Positions 28,641 through 37,068 of a DNA stretch of 64,000 bases are shown in pieces (the stretch's first letter is position 1; each line of letters starts with the position of its first letter). A program made the position numbers and the translations under genes. Source of the stretch: a virus (lineage: Duplodnaviria; Caudoviricetes); IMG/VR virus record IMGVR_UViG_3300036833_000232, positions 1 to 64,000 of that record; one strand, given 5' to 3'. A model generated the notes under the pieces. It searched no databases. It saw nothing but the letters and a program-made list of their open reading frames with translations, and was not told the origin of the DNA.

Positions 28641-30545
28641 GTGGCACCTCGTATCGCCACTGTTGGCGGCTACGCCCTCCGGCCCGGCGTCAGCCGAAAC
28701 GGGCGCCTGTACACCCGGGAGGCCATCGCGAAGGCGGTGGCCCGGGCACAGGACCGGATCGCCGCAGGCACCATGAACGTGGTCCGGCCGAGTGACGTAC
28801 TCAGCCAGCGCACGCATCACGCCGCCGAAGATGATTCCACGCGGATCGTGGGCCGGGTCACTGCCATGTCGTTGGCCGAGGACGGGTCGGCCCGGTTCGC
28901 CGCGGATATCGCGGACACCCCGCACGGCCGCACCATTGCTGATCTGGCGGCACCGAGGACGGCGGGTGACCCGAATTCGGTGGACCCGTTCTTGACTGGT
29001 GTGTCCATCCGGGGGGCATGGCTGGGTGAGGTGCGGCGGATCCAGCACGACGGGGTGATGACAGAGACTTCGGATGATCTTGAAATCGACGGCATCGACT
29101 ACACCGGCCACCCGGGCGTACCAGGCGCGGAGATAGACACCTACACTCCCGCAGCTTCCACTCGAACCTCCCACGAATCGACCGCCGGCCGAGTGCTGAT
29201 CTTCGAGGCCGCGCAGGAGGTCGCAGTGACCACTCCGGTCGAGGAAAAAGGCGCTCCGGCGCTCAAGTCCGGGAAACCGGCGGCGGCACCAACGAAAGCC
29301 TCCGCCTACGCCGACCCGGGATACCAGGACGACAAGGCGCCCCGGTACGCGTTGGACACGAAGGCCCAGGCCAAATCCGCCTGGAGTTACATCCACATGC
29401 CGAAAAACGCGAAACTGTACAGCCCGGCACAGTTGAAGCGGATCAAGGGGCGCATCGCGAAAGCGCTCACCAAGTCCGGGGTGAAAGTCGATCCGGCGGA
29501 GCACTGGCTGATCGACCCGGTCATGCAGGTCACCGAATCCGGGATCGACGAGTACTACCCGGATGCATCCACCGCCGGCTCGTTCTCGATTTCGCTGTCC
29601 AACGGCCCCGTCAACATCACTATCAGCAGTTACCAGGTCGACCCCGCGGATTTGGACCTGGTGGGGCGCGCGGCGATGGCTGGCGCGTGCAAGGCGCTGG
29701 CCACGATCGACCCGGACATGGACGGCGACATGGACGTGCCAGGTGCGGACGCGGAGGACACCGACAACGATATGGAAACCGGGCCGGTGGTGGTGCACAC
29801 CGAAACCCGTGGCCGGCAGTACGAACTGGACCCCCCGAATGACGGCGGTGTGACGGAGGAATCCCCGCCGCCCGATGCACCCACAGACCCTGGAAGCACC
29901 ACCCCGAATGGGGCTTCCGCCGTTTCCGATCCACCGGCGCCGGTACCGGCTGCCGACCCAACACCCGAGGAGGAGCCGGCGATGGCCGACGACACCACCC
30001 CGGCGGTCGAGCCGCAGGCCCCCGCCACCCCCGCCACCGAACCGGCTGCTGTGCCGCCGGTGGCCGCCCCGACTGCGGTGACGCTGTCTGACGCCCAGTT
30101 CCAGCAGTTGCTGGCCGCCGCCACCCGAGTCCCCGAATTGGCGACGGTCGGGGCCCCGGCTGAAACCGCGCCCGCGGCGACCACCCAGGAAACCGCCCCG
30201 CCCACCGTGCAGGTCAGTGCGGCACCCCCGGCTACCTCGAATCCGGCGGTGACCGAAACGCAGGAGCAGATGATCGCCCGCCTCGTCGCGGAAGGCGTCA
30301 AGGAACAACTCCCGCTGGCGGTGCAGAACCACGTCCAGGCCACCGGTCTTCCCGGTCGGCGTGGTCTCGTGGCCCGGGTCGGTGAAACCTCCGCCGCCCC
30401 GGCCGCGACCACCGACGGGCTCAACGCCTACGGGGTCCCGGCGGACTGGCCGGACAAGCCCCTGGACAAATACACCTCCGAGGAACGCAAGCGGTTCTTC
30501 GGTCCGGCGGTGCGCGCGCATTACCTCGGCGACCGCGACAGCTAG
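28641..30545 (+). CDS. prohead protease/scaffold fusion with DUF6582-like insert
   Basis: SRNGRLY, THH, GVSIRG, IDYTGHPGV; YADPGYQDDK...AWSYI; acidic/Pro-rich C-terminus. Confidence 0.8.
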   Translation: MAPRIATVGGYALRPGVSRNGRLYTREAIAKAVARAQDRIAAGTMNVVRPSDVLSQRTHHAAEDDSTRIVGRVTAMSLAEDGSARFAADIADTPHGRTIADLAAPRTAGDPNSVDPFLTGVSIRGAWLGEVRRIQHDGVMTETSDDLEIDGIDYTGHPGVPGAEIDTYTPAASTRTSHESTAGRVLIFEAAQEVAVTTPVEEKGAPALKSGKPAAAPTKASAYADPGYQDDKAPRYALDTKAQAKSAWSYIHMPKNAKLYSPAQLKRIKGRIAKALTKSGVKVDPAEHWLIDPVMQVTESGIDEYYPDASTAGSFSISLSNGPVNITISSYQVDPADLDLVGRAAMAGACKALATIDPDMDGDMDVPGADAEDTDNDMETGPVVVHTETRGRQYELDPPNDGGVTEESPPPDAPTDPGSTTPNGASAVSDPPAPVPAADPTPEEEPAMADDTTPAVEPQAPATPATEPAAVPPVAAPTAVTLSDAQFQQLLAAATRVPELATVGAPAETAPAATTQETAPPTVQVSAAPPATSNPAVTETQEQMIARLVAEGVKEQLPLAVQNHVQATGLPGRRGLVARVGETSAAPAATTDGLNAYGVPADWPDKPLDKYTSEERKRFFGPAVRAHYLGDRDS

Positions 30546-30678
30546 TAAACACGCGGGTTTCGACCCCTTCGGCACGTGCTTTGTTGACCGCCACCACCCA
30601 CGGGGGTGGTGGTGCCTTTCGGCAGCGATGGTCCCGGCTCTTTCACCTCGACCATTTGCCCCGAAAGGACAGGCACTC

Positions 30679-32043
30679 ATGCCTTCCGAACTGCGGGAAG
30701 CGCTGCTCGCTGCGAACGCGTCAGCCCTCATCCCGAAGATCATCGATCCTCTGTTGCTGGAGTACCAGCGCCGCTACTCCCCGCTGTGCCGGGCACTGCC
30801 GAGCACGAAGTGGGACTCGGACACCTACTACTTCAACCAGCGCACTCAGTTGGCGAACGGCGGCTTCGTCGCCGACGGCGGTGCCCTCCCGGTCAGCAAC
30901 TCGACCTATGTGCAGAACAACTTCAAGATGGCGCACCTCCAAGTCGTGGGCGCGGTCACCGGCTACGCCCAGGAAGTCACCCGCCAAGTCATCGGTGACC
31001 TCCGCCAGACGGAAATTGAGGGCGGAATCCGCGGCATGTATTGGGACATTGAGTCGGCCTTGCTGTGGGGCAACTCGGCGTCCACCCAGTTTGGTGCCCG
31101 TCCGCAGTTCGACGGGTTCGATACCCAGGTCGCGGCGTTCACCGGCGGGTCGCAGAACGCACTGGACAAGGCCGGCGGCACCCTCACCTTGGCCTACCTC
31201 GACGAACTGATCGACATGGTGGAGCAGAACGCCGCCATGTCGGTGTTCGACGACTCGTGGATGATGCTGATGTCCAACACCGCGATCTCCAAGGTGGCGC
31301 AACTGTTGGTTAACCAGCAGCGGTTCGTCGACAAGGTCGAGGTCGAGGCTGGCCTGTTGGTGTCGACCTACCGCGACATCCCGATGATCAAGTCGTCGTT
31401 CCTGTCGACCCGGAACCTGACGATGGGTGCGGTGACTTCCGGGACCGCCACCACTGGCGGCACGCTGGCCGCGGCCACCTACTCCTACAAGGTGTCCCCG
31501 ATCATCGCCCGTGCTGGCGAGATGGCTGCCTCTGTCGAAGTCTCCCAGACCACCACCGGCTCCACCTCCACCGTCACCTTGTCGTACTCCACTCCCGCCG
31601 GATACGAAGGTGGCCAGCCGACCCTGTACAAGGTCTGGCGCTCCACCAGCACCGGCACCGAAACCCTGCTCGGGTACGTTGATGCGACAGTTGGCCTGGC
31701 GGCGGACGGGATCACCCCGATCCTGACCACGTCGATCATCGACACCGGCACCACGCTGATCCCGCAGAACGGATCCACCATCCCCGCGCAGTACCCGGCC
31801 AGCTACGTCGGCACCAACACTGGCCTGTTCCCCCCCGCCGTCGGGCAAGAAAACATCTACCTGTCCAGTCGGGACCGGGACAACGTCATCCGGCCCTACG
31901 TCCGCGAAGTAATGCCACTGGACGTGTACCCGACCACCACCAGCCCCGACACGCTTCCTTACGCAATTATCGAGGATACTACGCTCGGTATTCGGGGGCC
32001 GAAATTCACGGGCCGATTGGCACGTGTCGGCGTTTCTGTGTAA
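30679..32043 (+). CDS. major capsid protein with Ig/Fn3-like insertion
   Basis: follows scaffold; GAAAGGA RBS; ALLWGN...FDGFD; TYSYKV...YKVWRS insert. Confidence 0.85.
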   Translation: MPSELREALLAANASALIPKIIDPLLLEYQRRYSPLCRALPSTKWDSDTYYFNQRTQLANGGFVADGGALPVSNSTYVQNNFKMAHLQVVGAVTGYAQEVTRQVIGDLRQTEIEGGIRGMYWDIESALLWGNSASTQFGARPQFDGFDTQVAAFTGGSQNALDKAGGTLTLAYLDELIDMVEQNAAMSVFDDSWMMLMSNTAISKVAQLLVNQQRFVDKVEVEAGLLVSTYRDIPMIKSSFLSTRNLTMGAVTSGTATTGGTLAAATYSYKVSPIIARAGEMAASVEVSQTTTGSTSTVTLSYSTPAGYEGGQPTLYKVWRSTSTGTETLLGYVDATVGLAADGITPILTTSIIDTGTTLIPQNGSTIPAQYPASYVGTNTGLFPPAVGQENIYLSSRDRDNVIRPYVREVMPLDVYPTTTSPDTLPYAIIEDTTLGIRGPKFTGRLARVGVSV

Positions 32044-32088
32044 TTCTTTTCGGCGATTTACTGAACACGGAAAATGGGAGGTGTGCGG

Positions 32089-32346
32089 ATGGTGTTGGTG
32101 CGTAAGCACCGCGCCGGGTCCGACAGTTACGGCCACGTCTGGGCACATGACGGGGACACCGTTGAGGTGCCCTACGGGCACGCGGTGGAGTTGCTGGCCA
32201 TCGGCGATGCCGGGTTCACGATCGTCGAACCCGAGCAGGAGCCCAGCCCAGAGTTGGTGCGGACCGAGGTTGACGAGGCACCCCCGCCGGTCACGCGGCG
32301 CCGCGGCCGGCCGCCCCTGTCCCGACCGGACGTGGTTGAGGAATAA
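32089..32346 (+). CDS. small hypothetical head-module protein
   Basis: GGGAGG RBS; RRGRPP AT-hook-like motif. Confidence 0.65.
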   Translation: MVLVRKHRAGSDSYGHVWAHDGDTVEVPYGHAVELLAIGDAGFTIVEPEQEPSPELVRTEVDEAPPPVTRRRGRPPLSRPDVVEE

Positions 32347-32367
32347 CGCGGTCGGGGGTGGGCGGCG

Positions 32368-33039
32368 GTGGCCGACACCCCCACACCGTTGGCGACCGCG
32401 GCGCAAATGCAGGCCGGCCCGTTCGCGGACCTGGTCCGCTCCTACACCGCGCCCGCGCTCAACGATTTGATGGTGCAGGCCACCCGGGCGTGTGAAACCG
32501 AAACGGGGCGCCGGTTGGCCCCGTTTACGGGGGTGACGGAGTCGCACCGGTGCTCGGGGATGGACCCGGACGAGTACGCCGATTCGGCGAACCTGCCGTT
32601 GGACCTGGCGGGGACGTTGGGCAGGTCGTATGCCTACGCGTTGGGTGCGTCGTCGCTGGTGCGGCACATGTGGTTGCACGAGTATGCCCCGCACTATCCG
32701 GAGTTTTGGTCGTACACGGTGGCGTCGTTGACGATCATCCGGTCGTATGGTGGGTCGGAGTCGTTGACGGTCACTCAGTATGTCGGGCCGGAACTCGACT
32801 CAGGGCACATTTGGTTCAATCTGGGGAAATTCATTCCTGTCGGGTCGCTGGCGCGGGCGGTGTACGGCGGCGGCTATCAGACGATCCCGGCGGACCTGGT
32901 GCGGGCCTGTATTTGGATGGCCGCGTCGATCGCCGCGACCGAGCTGGATCCGATGCTCGAATCGCACGGCCACAACCCCGGTTCGCTGGAGGAGAAGGCG
33001 GTGGGCTGGTTGTCGGCCTACCAGCGGATGATGACCTGA
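32368..33039 (+). CDS. head-to-tail adaptor
   Basis: QATRACETETGRRL, YGGGYQTIPADLVRAC; position in operon. Confidence 0.75.
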   Translation: MADTPTPLATAAQMQAGPFADLVRSYTAPALNDLMVQATRACETETGRRLAPFTGVTESHRCSGMDPDEYADSANLPLDLAGTLGRSYAYALGASSLVRHMWLHEYAPHYPEFWSYTVASLTIIRSYGGSESLTVTQYVGPELDSGHIWFNLGKFIPVGSLARAVYGGGYQTIPADLVRACIWMAASIAATELDPMLESHGHNPGSLEEKAVGWLSAYQRMMT

Positions 33040-33067
33040 TCCGCCCCCTGCTGGTTTCGGGGGTGGG

Positions 33068-33805
33068 GTGGTGGCGCGTCGCGGTCACCCGCTGTCCGCA
33101 GCGACCCGCGCAAAGATCAGTACCCGACTCAAGGGCAAACATCATGCTGGCCATCGCCTGTCCACTGTGGCCCGGGCGAAAATCTCCGCGAAACTTCGTG
33201 GCCGCCATCACGCTGGTCACCATCTTTCTGCCGCCGCGCGCGCAAAGATCAGCGCCAAGCTGAAAGGGCATCATCATGCCGGTCATCCGTTGTCGGCATC
33301 CGCGAAGGCAAAGATCAGCTCGGCGCTCAAAGGACGCCATCACGCAGGTCACCACCTGAGTGCCGCGGCCCGCGCGAAAATCAGTGCTGCGCTTCGTGGC
33401 CGTCATCATGCGGGGCATCCGCTGTCGGCCGCTGCCAGGTCCGCTATTTCGGCGCGGTTGCGTGGTCGGCATTTGTCGGCGGCGACTCGGGCGCGGATCG
33501 CGGCGGCGTTGCGCGGGAGGCATCACGCGTCGACGGTGACGCGGCGGACTCCGACCCGGCGGCGTGTCACGCGGCGGCCGGGCACCCGGCGAGGCACTCC
33601 CATCCATCGGCGAAGGCACCCAGGGCCGCGTCGGCCGACGCGTCGTGTCCGACCGGGACGCGCCAACCGGCGGTCGTTGATTTCCGCGCATCAGCACCGC
33701 TCGCTGCGCGGGTATCTGCATACCCACCGGCGGCGTCACCGGTCGCGGATCGTGATTCATCGGCGGGCGCGGGCGCATCGTGTGTGGCGACGTCGCCGGA
33801 GGTGA
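33068..33805 (+). CDS. extremely basic protein with 7 NUMOD3-like repeats and Arg-rich tail
   Basis: 22-aa unit GHxLSAAARAKISAxLxGRHHA; no Asp or Glu in 245 aa. Confidence 0.8.
   Translation: MVARRGHPLSAATRAKISTRLKGKHHAGHRLSTVARAKISAKLRGRHHAGHHLSAAARAKISAKLKGHHHAGHPLSASAKAKISSALKGRHHAGHHLSAAARAKISAALRGRHHAGHPLSAAARSAISARLRGRHLSAATRARIAAALRGRHHASTVTRRTPTRRRVTRRPGTRRGTPIHRRRHPGPRRPTRRVRPGRANRRSLISAHQHRSLRGYLHTHRRRHRSRIVIHRRARAHRVWRRRRR
33083..33530 (+). repeat. 66-bp coding tandem repeat (about 7 units)
   Basis: protein-level conservation with synonymous divergence. Confidence 0.85.
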
Positions 33806-33812
33806 GTAGCCG

Positions 33813-34331
33813 GTGACTCCTCCGTTGGTGCCTCCGACCACCGCTAACGCGGTTGACCGCGAGGTCGCGTTCCTCACCACCACCGGAGACGGGTTGCCAG
33901 CGCTGCTGACGGCCGCTGGCGGCCCGTTCGCGGTGGTGCAGGGGTATTGGCCGCGGACCCCAAACACCAACGTGACCGCCCTGTATTTGCGCAGGTCCCG
34001 GATTGTGGATGAGCGGTGGACCAACCAGCGCAAGAAACCCCGGTACAGCTTCACGGCGCGGTTGGAGTGGCGGATCGGGTCCACCAGCACTGCGGCGGGG
34101 ATCGCGGAAGCGGAGCAGCGGGCGCTCGACGCGGCGATCGAGTTGGTGGTTGAGCGGGTGCGGGGGCTGGTCGGGGATCACTCGCATGGCGGGATGTTCC
34201 TGTCGGTGGCGGAGGCCCCGGTGCCACCCCAAATCGACGTGTCCTTTGTGGACCCTGAGCAGACGTTGCCGCAACGCTACCTGCGCGCGGACATGACCTA
34301 TTTCGCCGACGACTTCGAGATCGTCATCTAA
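33813..34331 (+). CDS. putative tail terminator/completion protein
   Basis: position between adaptor and tail tube. Confidence 0.6.
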   Translation: MTPPLVPPTTANAVDREVAFLTTTGDGLPALLTAAGGPFAVVQGYWPRTPNTNVTALYLRRSRIVDERWTNQRKKPRYSFTARLEWRIGSTSTAAGIAEAEQRALDAAIELVVERVRGLVGDHSHGGMFLSVAEAPVPPQIDVSFVDPEQTLPQRYLRADMTYFADDFEIVI

Positions 34332-34335
34332 CCCG

Positions 34336-34557
34336 TTGGAGGTCATCGTGCGGCAGCGCAACGCCCGCGCCGAGACACTCACCATCCCCGACCTCGGTAT
34401 CGCCGTCCCCCCTGGTGGGGAGATCGACCCCGAGGGTGACGAGTTGCTGGCCGGGTTCGAACCGGTCCCCCACGATCCGCCACCGGTGTCGGTGAAGCCG
34501 CCCAGCGCGCCCACCACCGCAGGGCTGACCAGTGATGGGCAGGAGGCCGTGAAATGA
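34336..34557 (+). CDS. small hypothetical protein
   Basis: ATGA overlap with tail tube gene. Confidence 0.55.
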   Translation: MEVIVRQRNARAETLTIPDLGIAVPPGGEIDPEGDELLAGFEPVPHDPPPVSVKPPSAPTTAGLTSDGQEAVK

Positions 34558-35723
34558 CCGTCAACCTGTCCCGGCTCGCGAAACTCGGGATCGTCAAAGA
34601 GGTCATCCCCGGTACCTACCCGGCGTCGATCAACATGTGGCTTCCGTTCGACAAAGCCGAGTTCATCGACATGTACACGCCGATCAAAGACCAGAGTTAT
34701 CGGGCGAATGACACCGTGGTGCAGGGCATCTACCAGGGTGTGGTGGAGGGCCAGTGGTCGATCGACCTCAACGCCTACCCCGACATCACTGGGCATGTGT
34801 TGCGCGGGATCATCGGCCCGGACACCGTCACCCCGGGGGTGTCCACGACGTTCGCCGCGTCTTCCGTGGCCGGGGCGACGTCGGTCTCGGCGACCGCCAC
34901 GGTCCCGACCGGGTCAACGGTCCAGTTGCAGGACACCGGCGGGGCGAACACCGAGTATGTGGTGACCGGCGCGCCGACCGGATCGGGGCCGTACACGATC
35001 CCGATCGTGACCCCGGCGACCGGGACACGGTTCGCGCACACGATCACCACATCGACGATCATCGCGGCCTCGTCGCATTCGTTCAAACAAAATCCGGCCG
35101 CCGCCCGACCGACGTACAGCTTGCTGGTGTGGGACACCGTCAACTGGTCCTCCTACAGCTACGCCTCATTTTCGGACGTGTCCATCAAAATCGATCCGAA
35201 GGCCGCGGTCACCCTGTCCACCAAACTGGTGTCCTTCGCGGGTGTTCCGGCGACCACCCAGTCCCCGACCTTCACCGGGACCCAGCCGGTGCTGGGGTGG
35301 GAATGGGCCCAAACCAACGCCGGTGGGGCTTCCACCCGTGGTTTGACGTTGGATTACTCGATCAAACGTGCCACCGAGGCCGTTCACAGCAGCGACGGTA
35401 TTCAGGGTCCGCGTGAGGTGTTCTCCGGTGCGATCGAGGCTGACGGCACCCTCAAGGCGGTCTTCGAGAACACCACGGATATGGCGCTGTACACCGGGAA
35501 CACTCAACTGCCAGCCGTGGCCACTCTGACCCAGCCGGTGACTCTCGGCGGATCTGGATCGGTGTTGACGTTGACGATGTCGCAGTCGGGGTGGACCACC
35601 GGCAAGCGGGACTTCTCGCCCGCATACGTACAGGCCGATTTCTCCCTGTCCGGGATCTACAACGCCACCGACGGGGGCGCGATCTCCGCGACCCTCACCA
35701 ACTTCGTGTCCAGCGCCTACTAG
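34554..35723 (+). CDS. major tail tube protein
   Basis: LAKLGIVKEVIPGTY N-terminus; precedes chaperones and TMP; no sheath gene. Confidence 0.82.
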   Translation: MTVNLSRLAKLGIVKEVIPGTYPASINMWLPFDKAEFIDMYTPIKDQSYRANDTVVQGIYQGVVEGQWSIDLNAYPDITGHVLRGIIGPDTVTPGVSTTFAASSVAGATSVSATATVPTGSTVQLQDTGGANTEYVVTGAPTGSGPYTIPIVTPATGTRFAHTITTSTIIAASSHSFKQNPAAARPTYSLLVWDTVNWSSYSYASFSDVSIKIDPKAAVTLSTKLVSFAGVPATTQSPTFTGTQPVLGWEWAQTNAGGASTRGLTLDYSIKRATEAVHSSDGIQGPREVFSGAIEADGTLKAVFENTTDMALYTGNTQLPAVATLTQPVTLGGSGSVLTLTMSQSGWTTGKRDFSPAYVQADFSLSGIYNATDGGAISATLTNFVSSAY

Positions 35724-35932
35724 CCACCAGGGGCTAGATCGTGTCCGGTTGGACGTCGATCATCGTGCTGGCCGTCACCCAGTGGCTCTACCTGGGTTTG
35801 TGTCTGCTATTTCCACGCACCTGCGGTTCCTGGCCGGATGTGCGTCATCACATGTGCCCGTGTTGCGGGCGTCCCCGATTTCACACACCCCCGCAGCGGG
35901 GTGTGCCCTGCTGCGGCTGCATGGAGGTGTCC

Positions 35933-36313
35933 ATGGCCGGTTACGCCGACCGGATACGACTGTTGAAATTCCCCGAACTCACGGAGGCCGGCGAGACCCA
36001 GGTGATGGTGGCGTTGCGCAACCCGCGGCGGGTGCCACCGACGGACCTGGTGCCGCCCAACGTGGTGCTCGACGACGCTGGCCGGCCGGTGGACACGGTC
36101 GCGGCGAACGCCGCCGCGAACGAGGTCATCGCCCGGCTGGTCGTGGCGTGGCACGTGTTCGACGCCACCGACTTCCGAGTCGGCGAGGACCTGGAACCGT
36201 TGGACCAGACGTTGCTGCCGCTGCCAGCCACCCCGGAACTGGTGGCGAAGTTGCCGGTGGAGATCTTTCGGGCGATCAACAACGAAATCATGGAGGCCGT
36301 AAACCCTCAGTAG
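35933..36313 (+). CDS. tail assembly chaperone (gpG-like)
   Basis: GGAGG RBS; slippery A-AAC-CCT before stop. Confidence 0.75.
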   Translation: MAGYADRIRLLKFPELTEAGETQVMVALRNPRRVPPTDLVPPNVVLDDAGRPVDTVAANAAANEVIARLVVAWHVFDATDFRVGEDLEPLDQTLLPLPATPELVAKLPVEIFRAINNEIMEAVNPQ

Positions 36314-36567
36314 CGCTCGGGTCGCCCTATGTCGAGGACGTGCTGATCGTCGCCGAGTCGATCTACGACGGCACGTGGGCGTCCGGGCCACCACCAGCCG
36401 AAGTCGTCGACTTCGAACTGTGCCTGGCGATGCACTGGAGCTGGCAGGAATTGCAGGTCACGCCGCTGTATGTGCGGCGGGCGTGGTGGGACCTGCTGCA
36501 AACCCGGCGCCGGTGCGAACGGGCGCAACATGAGCGGGAAATGGAGCGTGCCCGCCGTGGCTGGTGA
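36301..36567 (+). CDS. tail assembly chaperone -1 frameshift extension (gpT-like)
   Basis: -1 frame open from the slippery site; MHWSWQELQVTPLYVRR. Confidence 0.7.
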   Translation, partial: KPSVALGSPYVEDVLIVAESIYDGTWASGPPPAEVVDFELCLAMHWSWQELQVTPLYVRRAWWDLLQTRRRCERAQHEREMERARRGW

Positions 36568-37018
36568 ACTCGCCGCCGGCTCGGTCGCGGCGGTGTTCAC
36601 CCGGCTGGCCAGCGAGGTGCAGTTACGCACCCCGGTCGCGTTGACGACCGTGGCCGCGCGGATCGCCCGGCAGGCGCAGGTCAACGCGTCGACTGGGCGG
36701 CACTCCTACGGCACCCCCACTCCGGCGTGGCCCGGCACCGGGCCGGCAATCATCTCGCAGACGTTGGTGAATTCGGTGACGTTCACCACTCCCATACCGG
36801 TGGGGGCTGGGTGGACCGCGCGGGTCGGGCCGCGGGTCGGGATGTATCCCGCCTACGCGGGGCGCCGGTCGGGGACGCCGTCGTCGCGGTACGGCTACTA
36901 CCTCGAAACCGGGTTGCGGAACGGTGCCGTGTATCCGTGGTTGCGGCCGGCGTTGCGGATCTCGCATGTGGTGGTGCCGGTGACGTTCGCGGCCGTGTTC
37001 GCCGGAATGCGCGTCTAA
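36557..37018 (+). CDS. HK97 gp10-like tail component
   Basis: GPAIISQTLVNS...YGYYLETG...YPWLRPA. Confidence 0.65.
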   Translation: MAGELAAGSVAAVFTRLASEVQLRTPVALTTVAARIARQAQVNASTGRHSYGTPTPAWPGTGPAIISQTLVNSVTFTTPIPVGAGWTARVGPRVGMYPAYAGRRSGTPSSRYGYYLETGLRNGAVYPWLRPALRISHVVVPVTFAAVFAGMRV

Positions 37019-37068
37019 CCCCCGACTCCCCCCGTCTGTGCGTGCGTGCGGGCCGGGGGTGAGCCCCG

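Noticed and set aside
28254-30743. 829-aa minus-strand ORF and similar long antisense ORFs (22584..24395, 30721..32694, 40329..42260, 42387..44372)
   Set aside because: Shadow frames of real high-GC genes; no motifs or RBS.
33083-33530. Possible CRISPR array
   Set aside because: Degenerate in-frame coding repeats without unique spacers; no cas genes.
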